Assembly (NCBI GenBank): GCA_951406725.2
Contig: OX597826.1
Location: forward strand, 14,074,001 to 14,138,000
Reading direction: 5' to 3'
Source of the DNA: Octopus vulgaris
Lineage: Eukaryota
Length of the DNA: 64,000 nt
The notes under the pieces were generated by a model. That model worked only from the letters and a program-made list of their open reading frames with translations. It ran no database searches and had not been told where the DNA came from. This document shows positions 40,300 to 55,050 of this stretch, piece by piece. A program made the position numbers and the translations under genes. How positions within the stretch are numbered: the first letter of the stretch is position 1; the number at the start of each line of letters is the position of its first letter.

Positions 40300-42747
40300 A
40301 TTATTAAACAACAATAATCTTAATTATAATAGTCAATATTTGACACAAGGTAACTCTATCTTGAAAATTGTTATTGTTCATAGACATTTAAAACTGAGAG
40401 GCCATTAAGAATTATATCAAATACTATTTCTGATATGAGTAGCATACAAGATATTGAGATAAAAAATTATAAAATAAAATAGTATAAAAACAAACATATT
40501 CTGCGATAATTTATTCTTATTTTGGACATTAATCATACCAACATTCTAATCTGAAATGATTTTTATTCTGTTGCATGACGGAAAATAGAATCATAATGCG
40601 AGAAACACTAATGATAAGAAGTGACTGGTAACAAACAAAGTGAAAAAGGGAAGATGATATTAGATGACTTTATAAGATACATATATTTATGGAAGGCTAA
40701 ATAAAAAGACAACACAATGGAATATTTACTAACTGAGGAATTACTAAACTGAACTGTTAGATGATGGTTGATAAACAGAAGAGTCATGATAAACGGACAG
40801 ACCAGGGCACTCAGAGAAGTAAGCGATAAATATTTGACAGCTTCTAGGAGAAAAAAGAATACAGCAGAATTTCAATTTATCTCTATACAATCACTATTAC
40901 AAACGCTAACAGACACACACTGACGGCCACACATATAGAAAATATCTGTGCGTGTAAACATGTGTGTGCGTATATGTGTTTACTTTGTGTACGACTAGAT
41001 ATATATTCATATATTCATAGAAACTAACATATACATACAGATATCTCGATTTGATAGGTCTAAATGTAAATGTGAATAACGTGACAGGAATATGAAGGCA
41101 AGAAATAAAGATTTCGAATACTTTATATACAGAATTGGTCACCCTCCATTAGATTTGTCTCAGTAGATGGTGTGCCAGTTTATTATATAATGTCAAAATA
41201 CTTCGATCTGTTCTGCTTTGTTTACTAATTGTGTGCAGCAACAGTGAAGTCAATTCATTGGTGGGACACAAATTTCTCATTCTTGTTACACGAAATCAGC
41301 GAGAGAAACACGCAAGTTATTTCATTCCAATTTTTTTTCAGAATTTATCTCACGCGATTTATGTCATAGCTTCTTAAATGTTAGGTATTCAGATTCAAAT
41401 ACGAAGCGATATATGTCTATTCTTGTCTGGAAGTTGATATTGAGTTCCTTTGTGCAAGTCGTTATATTCACAAAGAATATTGCCTTCTCATCCGTTAATT
41501 ACAAATAAATCTACATTTAATGGCAGCGATAGTAATCAATAACAGCGCATTTTAACCGTGAACATAAACACTGATGGTTTTCAACTCTCGCCAAAAGTAA
41601 CATATGTTGGTTATATTGAAATCTGATGTGAAAATTTCCCTCCTTCCTATAGTATATGTAGCTGAGTTATACAAAAAAAAAACATTTATGAAAAACTATA
41701 GAGACGCTACATTTTCACCTTATGACGAATACCTTTCACTAACGTCTTTGAGAACAACATTTCCTTATTACATAACCAATTGATTAAAGAATTATTGGTT
41801 TGGCATAAAACTAACGTCATTTAGGGTAAACGAATTATTGGCTATATCATTAGTGTAAGATATGAATCTTCGGTAAAATCGTTTCTTCTAGAAATACGGT
41901 ATCATATTGGAAAAGAGATAAACGGATGGGGGTGTGAGGGGAATCAAAGAATAAAATTACTTTAATGACTTATATAATTCCAAACTTTTCAGCAGAGCAA
42001 TAATTCACTTTCTAGCTTTTTTTACCTTTTTCCCCATATTAATCGTATGAATTTTTTTTCCCGCCAAATACAATAAATAATATTTGTAGATTTAAAAGTC
42101 AGAAGAACAGAGATATATCGCAATTGTAGAAAGAGAAATGGGATAATTCTTCTTTAGAGATGCTGAGATATAAGTATTGTTAGTACCATGCGGTACGCAA
42201 TGTAGATCGCTTGTTGGTTACAATATTTATGTCAGCATCTGTTTCTTGTAATAGGCGTTACGTATATATTATGTGATTCTACGAATGTCTCATCGCTAAG
42301 ATCATGAACACTAATAGTGCAAACCTGGAGTGAATTATGATATTGTTAATGAGAAATTCCTTTCGCGTTTATATTAATGTACTAATTAAATGTTCGCCCT
42401 TAGGCTAATCATGCAGTGATTATTTGTTAAATTAATAGAACGTAAATGTTAAAGTTCCTTGTTCCTTTACAAATATTTGAAACATTTGAGAAGTATCTTC
42501 TCTGTGCTCAAAAGTTAATAACACTCTCTGAATGTTAAACTTACTCTAAAATCACATTTGAAGCTTTTTTTTAAGTAACCAAGATAAATAAACTCTACTG
42601 AAAACTTAATTTAACAAAGATACTGATTGATTGATATTTTCTGTTGTTGTACTTCATGTGAGAATGATGTGATATCCACTCGACATTTTTTTCAACTTTT
42701 ATTGTTTTATGAGTGAATCAGGTAGATGGAAATTATGTGGAAGTCCG

Positions 42748-42798
<51 letters not shown>

Positions 42799-44900
42799 TG
42801 TATATCCGCGTATGTATGTGTGTGCGTATAGTGATGCGTGCATAGGTATATATTCGTGTGTATGTGTGTAAAACGAACCTAATAAAGTCTGGTGGAACAA
42901 TGTATCTTAAAACTAACGTCCTCGAACAATGTACAAGGAAAAAGACAACAATCGACCAGCTTGCATAAAATATGTTGTATATCATAAAATAAAATAAGAG
43001 AATAAACTGGTAGTTAAAGGGAAAAAGTTAAAAATAAATAAGAATGAAATTAGAATTTAATTAAATTTTTAAAATGAATATAAAAGCAACGAAATTTCAG
43101 GGTCAAAACTACCTGAAATTACAAAATCACATGTCCGATCTTCAAACAGATTAAACGTTTCGATGAACTAAAAGAACAATGTATATATGCACTAAATTTT
43201 TAAAGAGGTATATCGGACGTAAAATGAATAATTAAATATTTTGCAAGCGAAGACATTTGAGAAATGCATTCTGCAATTTGAAATAGTTTTTACTCCTACC
43301 ATAATCTTTTTTTGTTTTATTTTACTATGAGTGACCTACTGGATACTAGTAACGAACGACGTTATTCGTCACCTGTTGCTCTATTAAATTTTCAAAAGGG
43401 TAAAGAAATATATTGAAAAGGGTGTGAAACAAGTGGAGTTTGATATACAAAATGGGATAAGAGAAAAATTAACAAGAAAGAGAAGAAAAGACAATGTAAA
43501 TAAGACATTGTAATGGAGATGAACGAAACGTATTGAAAGAGTTATTGAAGGCTGAACGATTGTAGACAAATGTATTAAGTGTCTCTTTTAATGAGATACG
43601 CCAATAGAAAACAACAAAGAAATCCAATTTCATCTCGGTCTATGTACAAGAGCATTTTTCGTTCCATTGTATACACGACAATATGTTTTCTAGAGAGTAA
43701 AACATTTAAGAGCCGGTAATCTAATCATATTTGAGGAAATTATTGCTGTCTCCATATCTCTAAATAAATTCAATACTGCTTGAAATGTAAATTTCTTCAT
43801 ACTAAAATACATGTTGTTGAACAGGTCTTTAGAAATGTAATTTTTCTCGCTAAGTCCCATTCAAGTACACACCAGCTGGCTCTATACTACGATAAGCCAC
43901 GTCTTCTTTCTACTGGAACTAAAGAATTTGAAATACCTGAAATTCTTGTTTGTTCTTAAAGACATAGTTTCATGAATGTGTGGGATATAGAAGTCACAAA
44001 TTAAGATATGGAGGCTAGATTTGAGTCTAATGTGTATGCCGACAGAAATCTAGGTATAAATTCAGCACGACGGATGATAAGGTAATTTCCTAACCATGTA
44101 TAGGAAGCAATGTTTTGTGCAGTGGACTTTAACAACGCATGTTATCTTAACAAGCAACTTTGAGTACGTGTTACACTGCATATAAAAATTGAGAGTAGCG
44201 TAATTTTCAGTCACTTTTTCAATACTTACGTTCAAAATCGTTGATGTGGGTCTCAGTGATTTGTTTATATTATTTCTATCACCCACCAATAGGCTAAAAT
44301 ATTTTGACGTTCATAGTAGTATCATAACGTTCAGACTATAAAAGATGTTCCGTTTCGTTTGCAGTTAAGTTACATTAATGATCTCTTTTGTGGTCGTTGA
44401 TCTAGATATAATACACAAAACTCACTCAAATTGCAAGAAGTATCTCGAAACAGAAGGAACACATAGAAAGAATGGTAGACAGAGATATGCAAACTAGCAT
44501 AAGATCGGTTAGTCATTGCTGGAACGTTTAATTTTTATTACAGATTTGCTTAATCAGGGCTTGCTTGAGATTTAAGGACACTTATTACGTTCAAATTCAC
44601 AAGAAGCTAACAAGGTCGTCAAACAGATAGAAACCACAGCCAGGTAACTTTCAATGACGTCGAACAATCTCCTAAAACGTAGAACACTTTAGGAGTTTGT
44701 GGTGGCAGAAAAATGGAATATAAATGGTGCAAATACGATTACATAACAGGCTTTCGCTTTTGAGGCTGACCAGGTATTTGCAAGAAAAAATGGAAAGTAA
44801 CAGGAGCTTCTTTAGAAGAAACGACTCGTAGGAACGTCAATTGTATCATTAAATAAGTGTAACCGAATCCGATCCACCCGAGTCCGGTCTATTCCTATTA
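40300..44900 (-). pseudogene. Cadherin-repeat remnants (interrupted by repeats at ~42.7-43.3 kb)
   Basis: YYERQN/FSLLVGDR..PTSTILNVSIEKVTEN (44200-44322), LDYR (~43715) and DLFVING*EGNI (41476-41511). Confidence 0.45.
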
Positions 44901-45035
44901 TGATTTACTTTAGATTTGCTAAAGTAACTAAAATACTTACATTAGTACATACATACATACATACATACATACATACATACATACATACATACATAAATAC
45001 ATACGCATGCATACATACATATACATATATGCAAA

Positions 45036-45102
<67 letters not shown>

Positions 45103-45189
45103 AAGGGTGAAAAGGAACACACGAGTTGATATATATGAAAAAACAAGTCAAAAATAGAAAATGCTAAAATAATTTTATAGTGAACATTT

Positions 45190-45227
45190 CAGTACCGGTT
45201 TCGGTCATTTTGAGACCTTTTCAACTG
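45190..45227 (-). ncRNA. Type-I hammerhead, U3-A8 variant (sense to the PLE ORF)
   Basis: Minus strand cag UUGAAAA gguc-ucaaaau-gacc GAAA ccgg UA cug. Confidence 0.75.
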
Positions 45228-45945
45228 TAACGATTAAATAATTAAATTTAGAAAAATTAGAAGAAAAGTTTTTTTTTAAAGAATATTTCTATAGTAGTGT
45301 TCAGATTTAAGTGGCATTCTGCCTTTCTCTGACTCCCTTGTTTGCATTTGAGTGTTGGAGGTCGTTGTGAGTTCTTGGTAGGGTAGTAGAGGATAAAGGC
45401 TGGTGAGGAAAGGGGGGTGGGAGAATCTGGGAGTGCCCTGATGGTCGTATTTTGAATGGTCAGTGGCGGCTGGCAGTCTCAGTTCAATTCAGGAGAATAT
45501 TTATATTGACAGGCTTGTTTATAGAATTAGCGTAGGTGTTATACTAAAAAACATTAGTGACAAAGTTAAGGGGTAGGGGGTGGAGAAGTAGAAGAAGAAG
45601 AAGAAGAAGAAGAAGAAGAAGAAGAAGAAGAAGGAGAAGATGACGATGATGGTGATGGTGGTGATGATTATGACGACGATGATGATGATAATGATGATGA
45701 TGAAGAAGAAGAAGAAGGAGGAGAAGGAGAAGATGGTGGTGATGATGATGACGACGATGATGATGATAATGATGATGATGAAGAAGAAGAGGAAGAAGAA
45801 GAAGAAAAAAAAGAAAAAAACAGAGAAGGGAGAATATGAAAGGGTGTAAGTATAGCTATGAAGGGGCTGATTAGTAATGGATTCTATGGAGTGTAATATT
45901 TGTGTGTGTATATATATTTTTCTTTTATTCTAAAGTTGAGGTATA

Positions 45946-46272
45946 TTAATTGTTTGTCGTAGACCCGTTAAGAAGTGGCTTGTATTTTGTAATAAAGAGA
46001 TTTTCTTTACTTATTCGTTGTCTCGAGGTTGTATCGTCCCTAAATTGGTAGAGGGGGAAAATTCTGAAGTTTGGTGTTTTTTTGTTGGCGCAAGTATCTA
46101 TGTGTTGGCTAAAAGCTATTTTTCTGTTTTGGGGAATTTTTATCTGGGATCTGTGCAGGGCCATTCGTTTACGCAAACCATTTTTTGTTTGGCCTATGTA
46201 CTGCTCTTGACACCCGGAGCAGGTTAGTGAGTATATTAGGTTCTCCGAAGCACATGTGAAGTTGCTTTTCAC
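45946..46272 (-). CDS. GIY-YIG endonuclease domain of the Penelope-like element (open fragment)
   Basis: NFTCASENLIYSLTCSGCQEQYIGQT..LRKRMALHR...KENLFITKYKPLLN. Confidence 0.85.
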   Translation of the reverse strand: MKSNFTCASENLIYSLTCSGCQEQYIGQTKNGLRKRMALHRSQIKIPQNRKIAFSQHIDTCANKKTPNFRIFPLYQFRDDTTSRQRISKENLFITKYKPLLNGSTTNN

Positions 46273-47134
46273 TGTAAACCGTTGTCCCTGTTTGAAGGAG
46301 AACTCTGATCCCTCAATTAGTTAGTCGCATATCCCGCAATTGGGTCTTCCTAATTTTTTTTACTGTCGGCTTCTGTGTTGAAGAGTGAATTCGGGCTTGT
46401 GTAAGGAGACTTTTCATGGATCTAGGCTGTCTTTTGCTTTTTATGATCGTGTGTGTTTGGAGGATTGTGTTCATTCTGTGGTCTTTTTTTAGGAGGGGTA
46501 TGTTGTGGAGGATGGTGTCGAAGGCTTCGTTATTGAGAGGGTTGTGTGTGGAGATGTATGGTAAGGCTTTTGGTTGTAAGTTTTTCTTTGATTTGGGATG
46601 TCTCAGTTCCTTGATGTTAAGTTGAAGGGCACGTTGAATGCACTTGTCAATAAGTGAAGGTGGATAGTTCCTGGTGATTAGGGTATCTTTTAGTTCTTGT
46701 AGTCGTGTGTCTCTGGTGTTTGCGTTAGAGACTATAGTGCATATCCTTTTTGCTAGATTGAAGGGGATTCATGCCACCCCAGACACACCAGGATGAATAT
46801 CCCCTTCAATCTAGCAAAAAGGATAGTTAGAGACTATAGTGCATATCCTGTCAATATAAATATTCTCCTGAATTGAACTGAGACTGCCAGCCGCCACTGA
46901 CCATTCAAAATACGACCATCAGGGCACTCCCAGATTCTCCCACCCCCCCCCTTTCCTCACCAGCCTTCTTCCTCTACTACCCTACCAAGAACTCACAACG
47001 ACCTCCAACACTCAAATGCAAACAAGGGAGTCAGAGAAAGGCAGAATGCCACTTAAATCTGAACACTACTATAGAAATATTCTTTTAAAAAAACTTTTCT
47101 TCTAATTTTTCTAAATTTAATTATTTAATCGTTA

Positions 47135-47172
47135 CAGTTGAAAAGGTCTCAAAATGACCGAAACCGGTACTG
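47135..47172 (+). ncRNA. Type-I hammerhead, U3-A8 variant (mirror copy)
   Basis: cag UUGAAAA gguc-ucaaaau-gacc GAAA ccgg UA cug; palindromic ACCGGU stem III. Confidence 0.75.
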
Positions 47173-47221
47173 AAATGTTCACTATAAAATTATTTTAGCA
47201 TTTTCTATTTTTGACTTGTTT

Positions 47222-47269
<48 letters not shown>

Positions 47270-47322
47270 GTATATAAATGCATATGTTTAAGTATATATT
47301 TAAGTATATATGTATATACATA

Positions 47323-47383
<61 letters not shown>

Positions 47384-47505
47384 GTGCGTGTGTGTACACA
47401 CACATTCATGTATATATGTATGTATATATTTCTACACGTGAACGCAAAGACATGAATTCACAAAAGCGACCTCAAACAGAGGCATGCACAAGCATATACA
47501 TATAC

Positions 47506-47557
<52 letters not shown>

Positions 47558-48227
47558 ATACTCACACACATACACAATTCCATGCATATGTGCATAATTA
47601 TTTGCTGAGGAAATATGTGACAATCGGGTTTTATTTGATTTACCCTTCGCTGGAGATAATAAGAATAATTTGAGATAAGCTCTATAAAGATATATATACA
47701 CTATTTAGTAATATCTTTTATAGTAGTAATACTACGTGCCGACGACAAGTAAGTTAGAAACGTTGACAGCATGAAACTTCGAGATGCTGTATGAGTAAAG
47801 TAATGTATGTGTCACCTATTTCTAGGAATGGATGTTCAAACATTATCCATCCATCCATCCATCCATCCATCCATCCATCAATCCATACATACATACATAC
47901 ATACATACATACATACATACATACATACATACATACATACATACATGCATACATACACGCTCACAGCAAACGACAGAGGAAGAGCGAATTAGAGAAGTAT
48001 AAGTTTTTTAAGTTGCAATTCTTGGAAAGTGTCCAAATTTTACTGCCTCTTTAAAAATAAAATTCATAAAAGTGGAAATTATTTCATTCTGATTAAGTTA
48101 CGAGAAAGAATACCGTTTACTTATATATTATATACATTGATACTACATTCACACATGTGTATAAACAACCGGCTCTGGTCTGATCGACGTCGAAAGTGTA
48201 ACTTTCCCAATTATGATTTTCGCGTGA

Positions 48228-48319
<92 letters not shown>

Positions 48320-48321
<2 letters not shown>

Positions 48322-51300
48322 ATGGAACAAAAACGCAATAGAGGACAATTAATCATTCGGAGAGATAGACAACACAAAGCCGGACAGGAATAACAACAAT
48401 TAGAGGGACAGGGAAAAAAGGACAGGTTATTCATTGCTTTCTTTTGTCAGTCAGATTATGAGATGTCCTTACAGTTTCGAGCAGTTACACTTGAGGCTAT
48501 TCCATATGGTTGTCCCCAAAAAATGGCATTAGATTTTTTTTGTAAGAAAGCAAGCGAATGTGTACGACAATAATGATAAAAAAGGAAAACATGTTACACA
48601 ATTACAAATAAAACCAACAAGAATATTACAACAGCAGGTGTCTTTCGACAAAGGACAAATCAAATTAAGCTGGTGTGTATAAAGTGAAATCCTTAAGGCA
48701 GGAACGTAGGAGTTGGACACAAGAGGTGTTGGCGGTCAGCAATCAGGCCATACATAAGAAGAAAAATCCATAGAAATGCAAGAAAAACAAGGGTGGTTCA
48801 CTAACTATTAAAAAGCTATGGAGACAAATACATTATGAAAACGAAGCTACAACAACAAAAAATTGGAGGAAATCGAAAACAAACATAGACACTAACTCCA
48901 GAAGAACCGGACTGAGGCATCGAACCTCTAATTACCCAGGAACATACGCGGAAATGACCTCCATCTCACCCTAAATACAGAGTAGAAACCCATATTCTAC
49001 AACACATAACAGAGCAAATAGCCAACGCATGAAATATAGAAGACAACCATCGACCAATGAGTACAAACACAAAGGAAAAAAGACCTGAAAGACAAATAGC
49101 ATACAGGCAACGACCAGACCATAATAACATGTACCTGAGATGAATGAATACATGGGATGAAAGACAAATAAAATACTGAGAGCACAGGTGCTACAATAGG
49201 AATAATAATCATCATGCAACTCATGATTTACTACCAAAAATTCCATATATCCTGACTGGTGAAAAAAGTATGGATGATGGGAAGAAAACAAAACTTATAA
49301 CCAACGGAATTAGTATAAAAGACATGAACCATCCTCCCTACGTGGGAACCAGAACGCCGAGATCAGAAAATGGAGAGACGGTAACACAATTCCTTTTTTT
49401 AAGGAGAAATACCAAAATCAGGCACCGGACCCGATAATACACGGAATTTAAATGAACACACAGAACATATAGAGCCGAAGATCATAAATTTGGCATATAG
49501 GAACCTCAACAAGAATGAGATGAACCTCCTATTAAAATGTTTCAAGTTTACACCGATATCCACCCTTAATCTCATTGAACTGAAATTTTATATTGAACAC
49601 TTCAACCGCCACCCCCACTTATAGAATTCTTCAGGAATAAGGATTTAAATAATGAATAAATAGTTAGAAATAAATTCCACTTCACCCCTACAAGGGAAAG
49701 GACAAATATTTAGACGCGAATATAGACACGGTTTCAAAATTTCCCCTAAATACCCACAGATACAAGCAAAGACTTCGTGAAATAGAAAAGGAAGCCTTAC
49801 AAACGTTGAAGAATGACAACTCAACCATCTTAAGAGAAGCCGATAAGATAGTGATCATGTACAAGGACTATTATAAAGATAAAATATTGGAAATGTAAAC
49901 AAACCTACTACAAGGAAGAATCAAGACACACAGAAAAAATAATGAACAAAGTCAGAAGACTAATCAATGAATTCCAAGATTCCTTCATAGACAAGGAGAA
50001 AGATTATATATGCAACTCTGTAATCAAAGAAAGCAATTTCTATGGATTACCCCAAATCCACAAAAACTCCGAAATACAAAGTGCCATAAATAAGCAGAAA
50101 AACCAGTGCGTAAAAATGCTAAGGAGGCTGTCTTCAAAATAAGACCAGTAGTTGCTGGACCTCAAACAACAACACGACAACTAAGTCATTTTTTAGATAT
50201 ACTCCTAAAAAACTGTGTGTCCTTTAATTCTTAGTTATATACAGGATAGCATAGATTTCACCCAACACGTCCCTCCCGCTGTCGCAGAAGGAACTATACT
50301 CACAAGTTTTGATGTCACCAATCTCTATACTAGTATACCTCACACTTTAGGTCTAGAAACAAGGAAACACTGGGTAGAAAAACATAGAGAACGGATAAAT
50401 GAACGCTTCAAGACTGACTTCATCACCAAGGCCACACGCCTAGTAATAGAAGAAAACGCCTCTAGATTCGAAAGTAAAACATATCGACAGTTAAAAGGGC
50501 ACGGCTATGGATACGCAGTTTGCTCCCTCATATGCACACTTAGTTATGGGATATTTGGAAGAAAAACTTTATGAGGAAGTAGTAAAGATTTTCGATCAAG
50601 AGTACAGGAAATATAACATTAAAAAGTGGAAACGCTTCCTAGATGATTGACTCATCTTCTGAGACAAATCGAATGAAGGTCTATATATATTTAACAATAT
50701 ACTCAATACACTTCCCCCATCTATTAAATTCACGACAGAATCCAGTTGCAATGAACTACCATTCCTGGATATCCACATAAAAATACAGAACTCCGCAGTC
50801 ACAACAGACATATTTTACACAAAAACTGACACACGCCAATATTTAAATTTCTATTCTTGCCATCCATCACACACCAAAAGGAACATCCCATACAGCATGG
50901 CAAGATGCATCTGTGCTATAGTGACTGACCCCAAAATTCGTGAAATCCGACTTACGAACTCAAAGATTTTCTCACAATGCAGAAACATCCCTTTGGATTA
51001 ATTAAGTAAGGAGATGAATCTGGACAGCAACCAACTAAAGACACCTAAGGAAAAAGTGAATGAAAACACGATTACGTTCGTTAACACACACAATCCAAGA
51101 ATAACCAACATCATTCTCGCCATAAAATGGAACATGCTTATACTCCTACAAAGCCCCAAAATGAAAAATCTGATTGAAAAAGTCACCTTACGGAACAGCA
51201 GACGCCATCGAAAAAGACTTTTAAAAAATCTTCACAAAGGCAGAATTCAAATCAGAATTCAAAGTAAAAGAATGTGGAGATAAGAGATTTGGACCATGCA

Positions 51301-51840
51301 ACAACATCAACAACTTCAAATACTTGGAAAGTGGTTCCCACTTAAAATTCAAGAGCGGATCCCTTTTCAAAATAAATGCAGATATAAACTGCAAAATGCA
51401 AAGCCTCATATACTGCATTATTTACCCAAACTGTAAAGAAAATTACATTGGTGAAACAAATAATTCTCTCTGCCAACGTGCAAGAATCCACAAGCATCAT
51501 ATCCGACAAGTGGAATTACGCAGGATTCCATTAAGTATGCATATGGAAATATGCAGCGACAAAAAAATTTAAAATGTTTTCCTTTTACAAATGTGCACGG
51601 GACGATCCGCATACCGAAAAGCAATGGAACTATATTTCATCAAAGATTTCTCTACAAAATTAAATGCGAGAAAGAATAGCGGAGGCAGAACATTTAGTGT
51701 TATATTAATGTTCTCTAATGCAAAAGCATGAAACTGAAAGAAGCGTGATCGAAGTTACACAGAATAAGCATGAAAATGTTCCCAAACACACACTTACACA
51801 CACAAACACTTCATCAAGGGATTCTCCCCAAAATTGAATA
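48320..51840 (+). mobile_element. Near full-length decayed Penelope-like element (ORF remnant ~49480-51670)
   Basis: EADK.IVIM, FYGLPQIHK, RPVVAG, FDVTNLYTSIPH, GTAMD, RFLDD, LPFLDI, TDTRQYLNFYSCHPSHTKRNIPYS and LIYCIIYPNCKENYIGET; multiple stops and frameshifts. Confidence 0.92.
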
Positions 51841-52326
51841 TTTGAAGGTAAAGTGGTTAATTTGCATTTTTTAATTCCAAATTTCGCTCATCTCTATAAA
51901 TTTTCATGCGTGTGTGTGTGTGTGTGATTTTGTGTGTGTGTGTGTGTGTGTGCATGAGTTTGTGAGTGTGTCTAGCATTGAGATGTTCTACCTTTACGTA
52001 TATATATATTTATATATTCATTATATTTTATTCATTTATTTATTTTTTAAATTGTTAATCTGCAAAATATTATACTGATGTTTTTTTCATGCAGAACTAC
52101 ATTTCATCAAAAAGTTCCCTACAAAATTGAATGTTTGGAAGGGGGGACAGCATATTTTGGGGACTCTAAATATAACTCTAAGAGAGGATAAAGGAAGAAG
52201 GAGGGAAAAAAGAAGGAAAAAGGAAGAGAGAAAGCAAGCAAAATGACTTTCAGTGATGACCAAACCGCACTTGTTTTTTTAAGAGGTCACCATCCTTAAA
52301 CTCATTCCAATATAATGGTAAAGGTC

Positions 52327-52361
<35 letters not shown>

Positions 52362-52437
52362 ATGTACGGTGAATAGGAAGGGGGTACCTCTTCTCTCTCT
52401 CTCCCTCTACCTATCTGTTTGTCTGTTTGTCTGTTTG

Positions 52438-52545
<108 letters not shown>

Positions 52546-52550
52546 GTCTG

Positions 52551-52599
<49 letters not shown>

Positions 52600-52600
52600 A

Positions 52601-52635
<35 letters not shown>

Positions 52636-52870
52636 TTCTATCTATCCATCTCCATTTTTATGGAACCTCACCCCAAAATACAAAAACAATGTTCTCTTCT
52701 AAACCTCCCGCCCAAGATCTGTTTTACATTAATGATCAAGCTGTTAGTACATTCACGTTCGAGAAAGGAACGAAAGCGCTGATAATAATGAAGAAATAGA
52801 AAGAATTTTTCCAAAATTCTGACGCCTTTCTTTTAATATGTATACATACATACATTACACACACCCCCAC

Positions 52871-52952
<82 letters not shown>

Positions 52953-53422
52953 CTACACAAACATACACAGACATATGACTTATTTCTCTATACATACATA
53001 TTTAACCTTCTCCGATGCGCCGAGAAATAATTCTAATCAGTTACACTTCTACTTCGTTTAGTTTTATCAACTGTTTTCACTGATGGGGAAAATAAGTAAT
53101 CTTCAATATAATCCTAGGCGGTAGTGGGTACGTCACGCTCACGGGTATATAGTTACACATATTTTGAGAATGACCTATAAGTTGTGCATGAAATCTACAT
53201 TATGGGGTCATTAGATGAAAAGAGGAATAGAAATATCCAGTATGTGAGCTATATAATATGCATATATACACACACAAGCACGTGCTTATATATGAATGCG
53301 TGTGTGTATGTACATCGTTATATAAGTATAGACACACTTGCACACGCAGACACGTATATGCATATGGAGAGAGAGATATCTACCGACCACATACACACAC
53401 GTATATAAACAAACACACGGAT

Positions 53423-53463
<41 letters not shown>

Positions 53464-54954
53464 AATATATATGCATATATACACACACATATGTGCACAC
53501 ATACACACATATGTACATACATATGTTCACAACTGAAAAGAAAACTAATTAGCTAAATTAAATGAGCCAAAGTATTTAAATTTAGTTTTAGAATCTCTAA
53601 AAGACTTGCTTTTGTATTGAAACTTTCTTCTTCAGTTCTTTTTTCGTTGTTGACGAGGAATTACCTCACTCGTGTCGCCAAAAGGAAATTGGCTCTGTTT
53701 TGTTTTTTAAAAGAATATTTCTCTCAACCATGAATAGCAATTTTTAGAACATTATATTGTAGTAATATAATTTGGTCATGTACATTGATTTTTTTTTATT
53801 GTGCATTTCAGATTTTACATCTTTTTTCCTCAAGAAATTTATCATCTAATAACATTGCCGTCGAGTATATTCATTTCTTCATCTTCATTGGCGTCATTAT
53901 CATCCTCATCCTCTTCACCATCAGCATCATAACGATCATGGTCATGATCGCCATCATAATCATGATAATCACCAAGCTCATCAACATCATCATTATAAAT
54001 GCAATAAATATAAACGAGTCGATAAGTTAGTTGCATCGTCTGATAGAAAGAGTACTTAAATCTTCCCTCAATTGCGGATAATGAAGGCTTCTATTCGCAA
54101 TATTATTGACAAGAACAGTACAGTCATGCCGGTAACGCTTTTGATAATTGTTTTTTTTTTTCTCACTCAGAGCTGAAGATGTTTAATCCACAACATAGTA
54201 GATTACAAAAATTATTGATGTTATTATCTACCTAACTATTGATACTATTACTAATCAACACACTCTTTCTATATAATAATAGTTATCCTTCTTAATATGA
54301 TTTAATCTCTTTACTGAATATTATCAGAGAAAGGAACGAATCGTTTTCACTGATTATGTAGCACTTAATACCAAATTTTAGTCGGCAAGATGTAAAAAAA
54401 TGTTTTCTGTATCAAGCAAATTTTGTCCTATATGAAAAATGCATCTGTATTGCATGTGTAATAATTATGATTATTGATCTTGAAAATATCTTTGGTAGTT
54501 TTTATAATTTAGCCAGGAGGAGGTGGCGGATCATGCTTACTATCTGAGAACATGCATAATTTCAACTTACAACTAAAGTGTTAGAACAGATCACGCAAGG
54601 CACCCTCTCCAGTGCTATAACGATCCTGTCAGTATACTGCCTTACACTGGTACAATAAATATATTGACCCTGCAAGGGGGAACTGCATAACTGATCTCAG
54701 CATTATTTAAACTCGGGAGATAGAGAGCCGGAATAAATATGAGGTGCTATCAAAAAGTTGTCGAACTAATTAAGTTTAATTTTTTAAATAACTTATTTTA
54801 ACGTCATCTCGTTCGAAATATCCCTAACACTTTTGGAATTCGGTCTGGAAATCGTTTTCTGTAAGCGAGTCGAAGACCTTCTGCGATTCTCTCTGGATCT
54901 CCACTACGGTGTCAAAACGGTGCCTTTGAGCTGCACTTTCATCTTATGAAAGAG

Positions 54955-55050
54955 ATGGAAGGCTGAAAGGCAAAGTCGACTTCGACGGAATTTGAACTCA
55001 GCACACAAAGACGGACGAAATGCCGCTAAACATTTTGCCCGGGGTGCTGC
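54955..55050 (-). mobile_element. SINE family A, partial
   Basis: tgaaaggcaaagtcgacttcgacggaatttgaactcag. Confidence 0.75.

Larger units (their letters stand above)
45131..47230 (-). mobile_element. Young 5'-truncated Penelope-like element with ~380 bp inverted pLTR copies
   Basis: 45131-45513 is almost exactly the reverse complement of 46847-47230; internal RT thumb (NIPFNLAKRICTIV, RNYP, ISTHNP) and GIY-YIG; flanked by (TA)n. Confidence 0.93.

Noticed and set aside
43146-43170. Minus-strand GAAAcgUU half-hammerhead
   Set aside because: No matching 5' core or stem I strand found nearby
48454-48482. Minus-strand cucGAAAcugUAaggac half-hammerhead upstream of the large PLE
   Set aside because: 5' core not identifiable; possibly a decayed inverted pLTR, but this is unsupported
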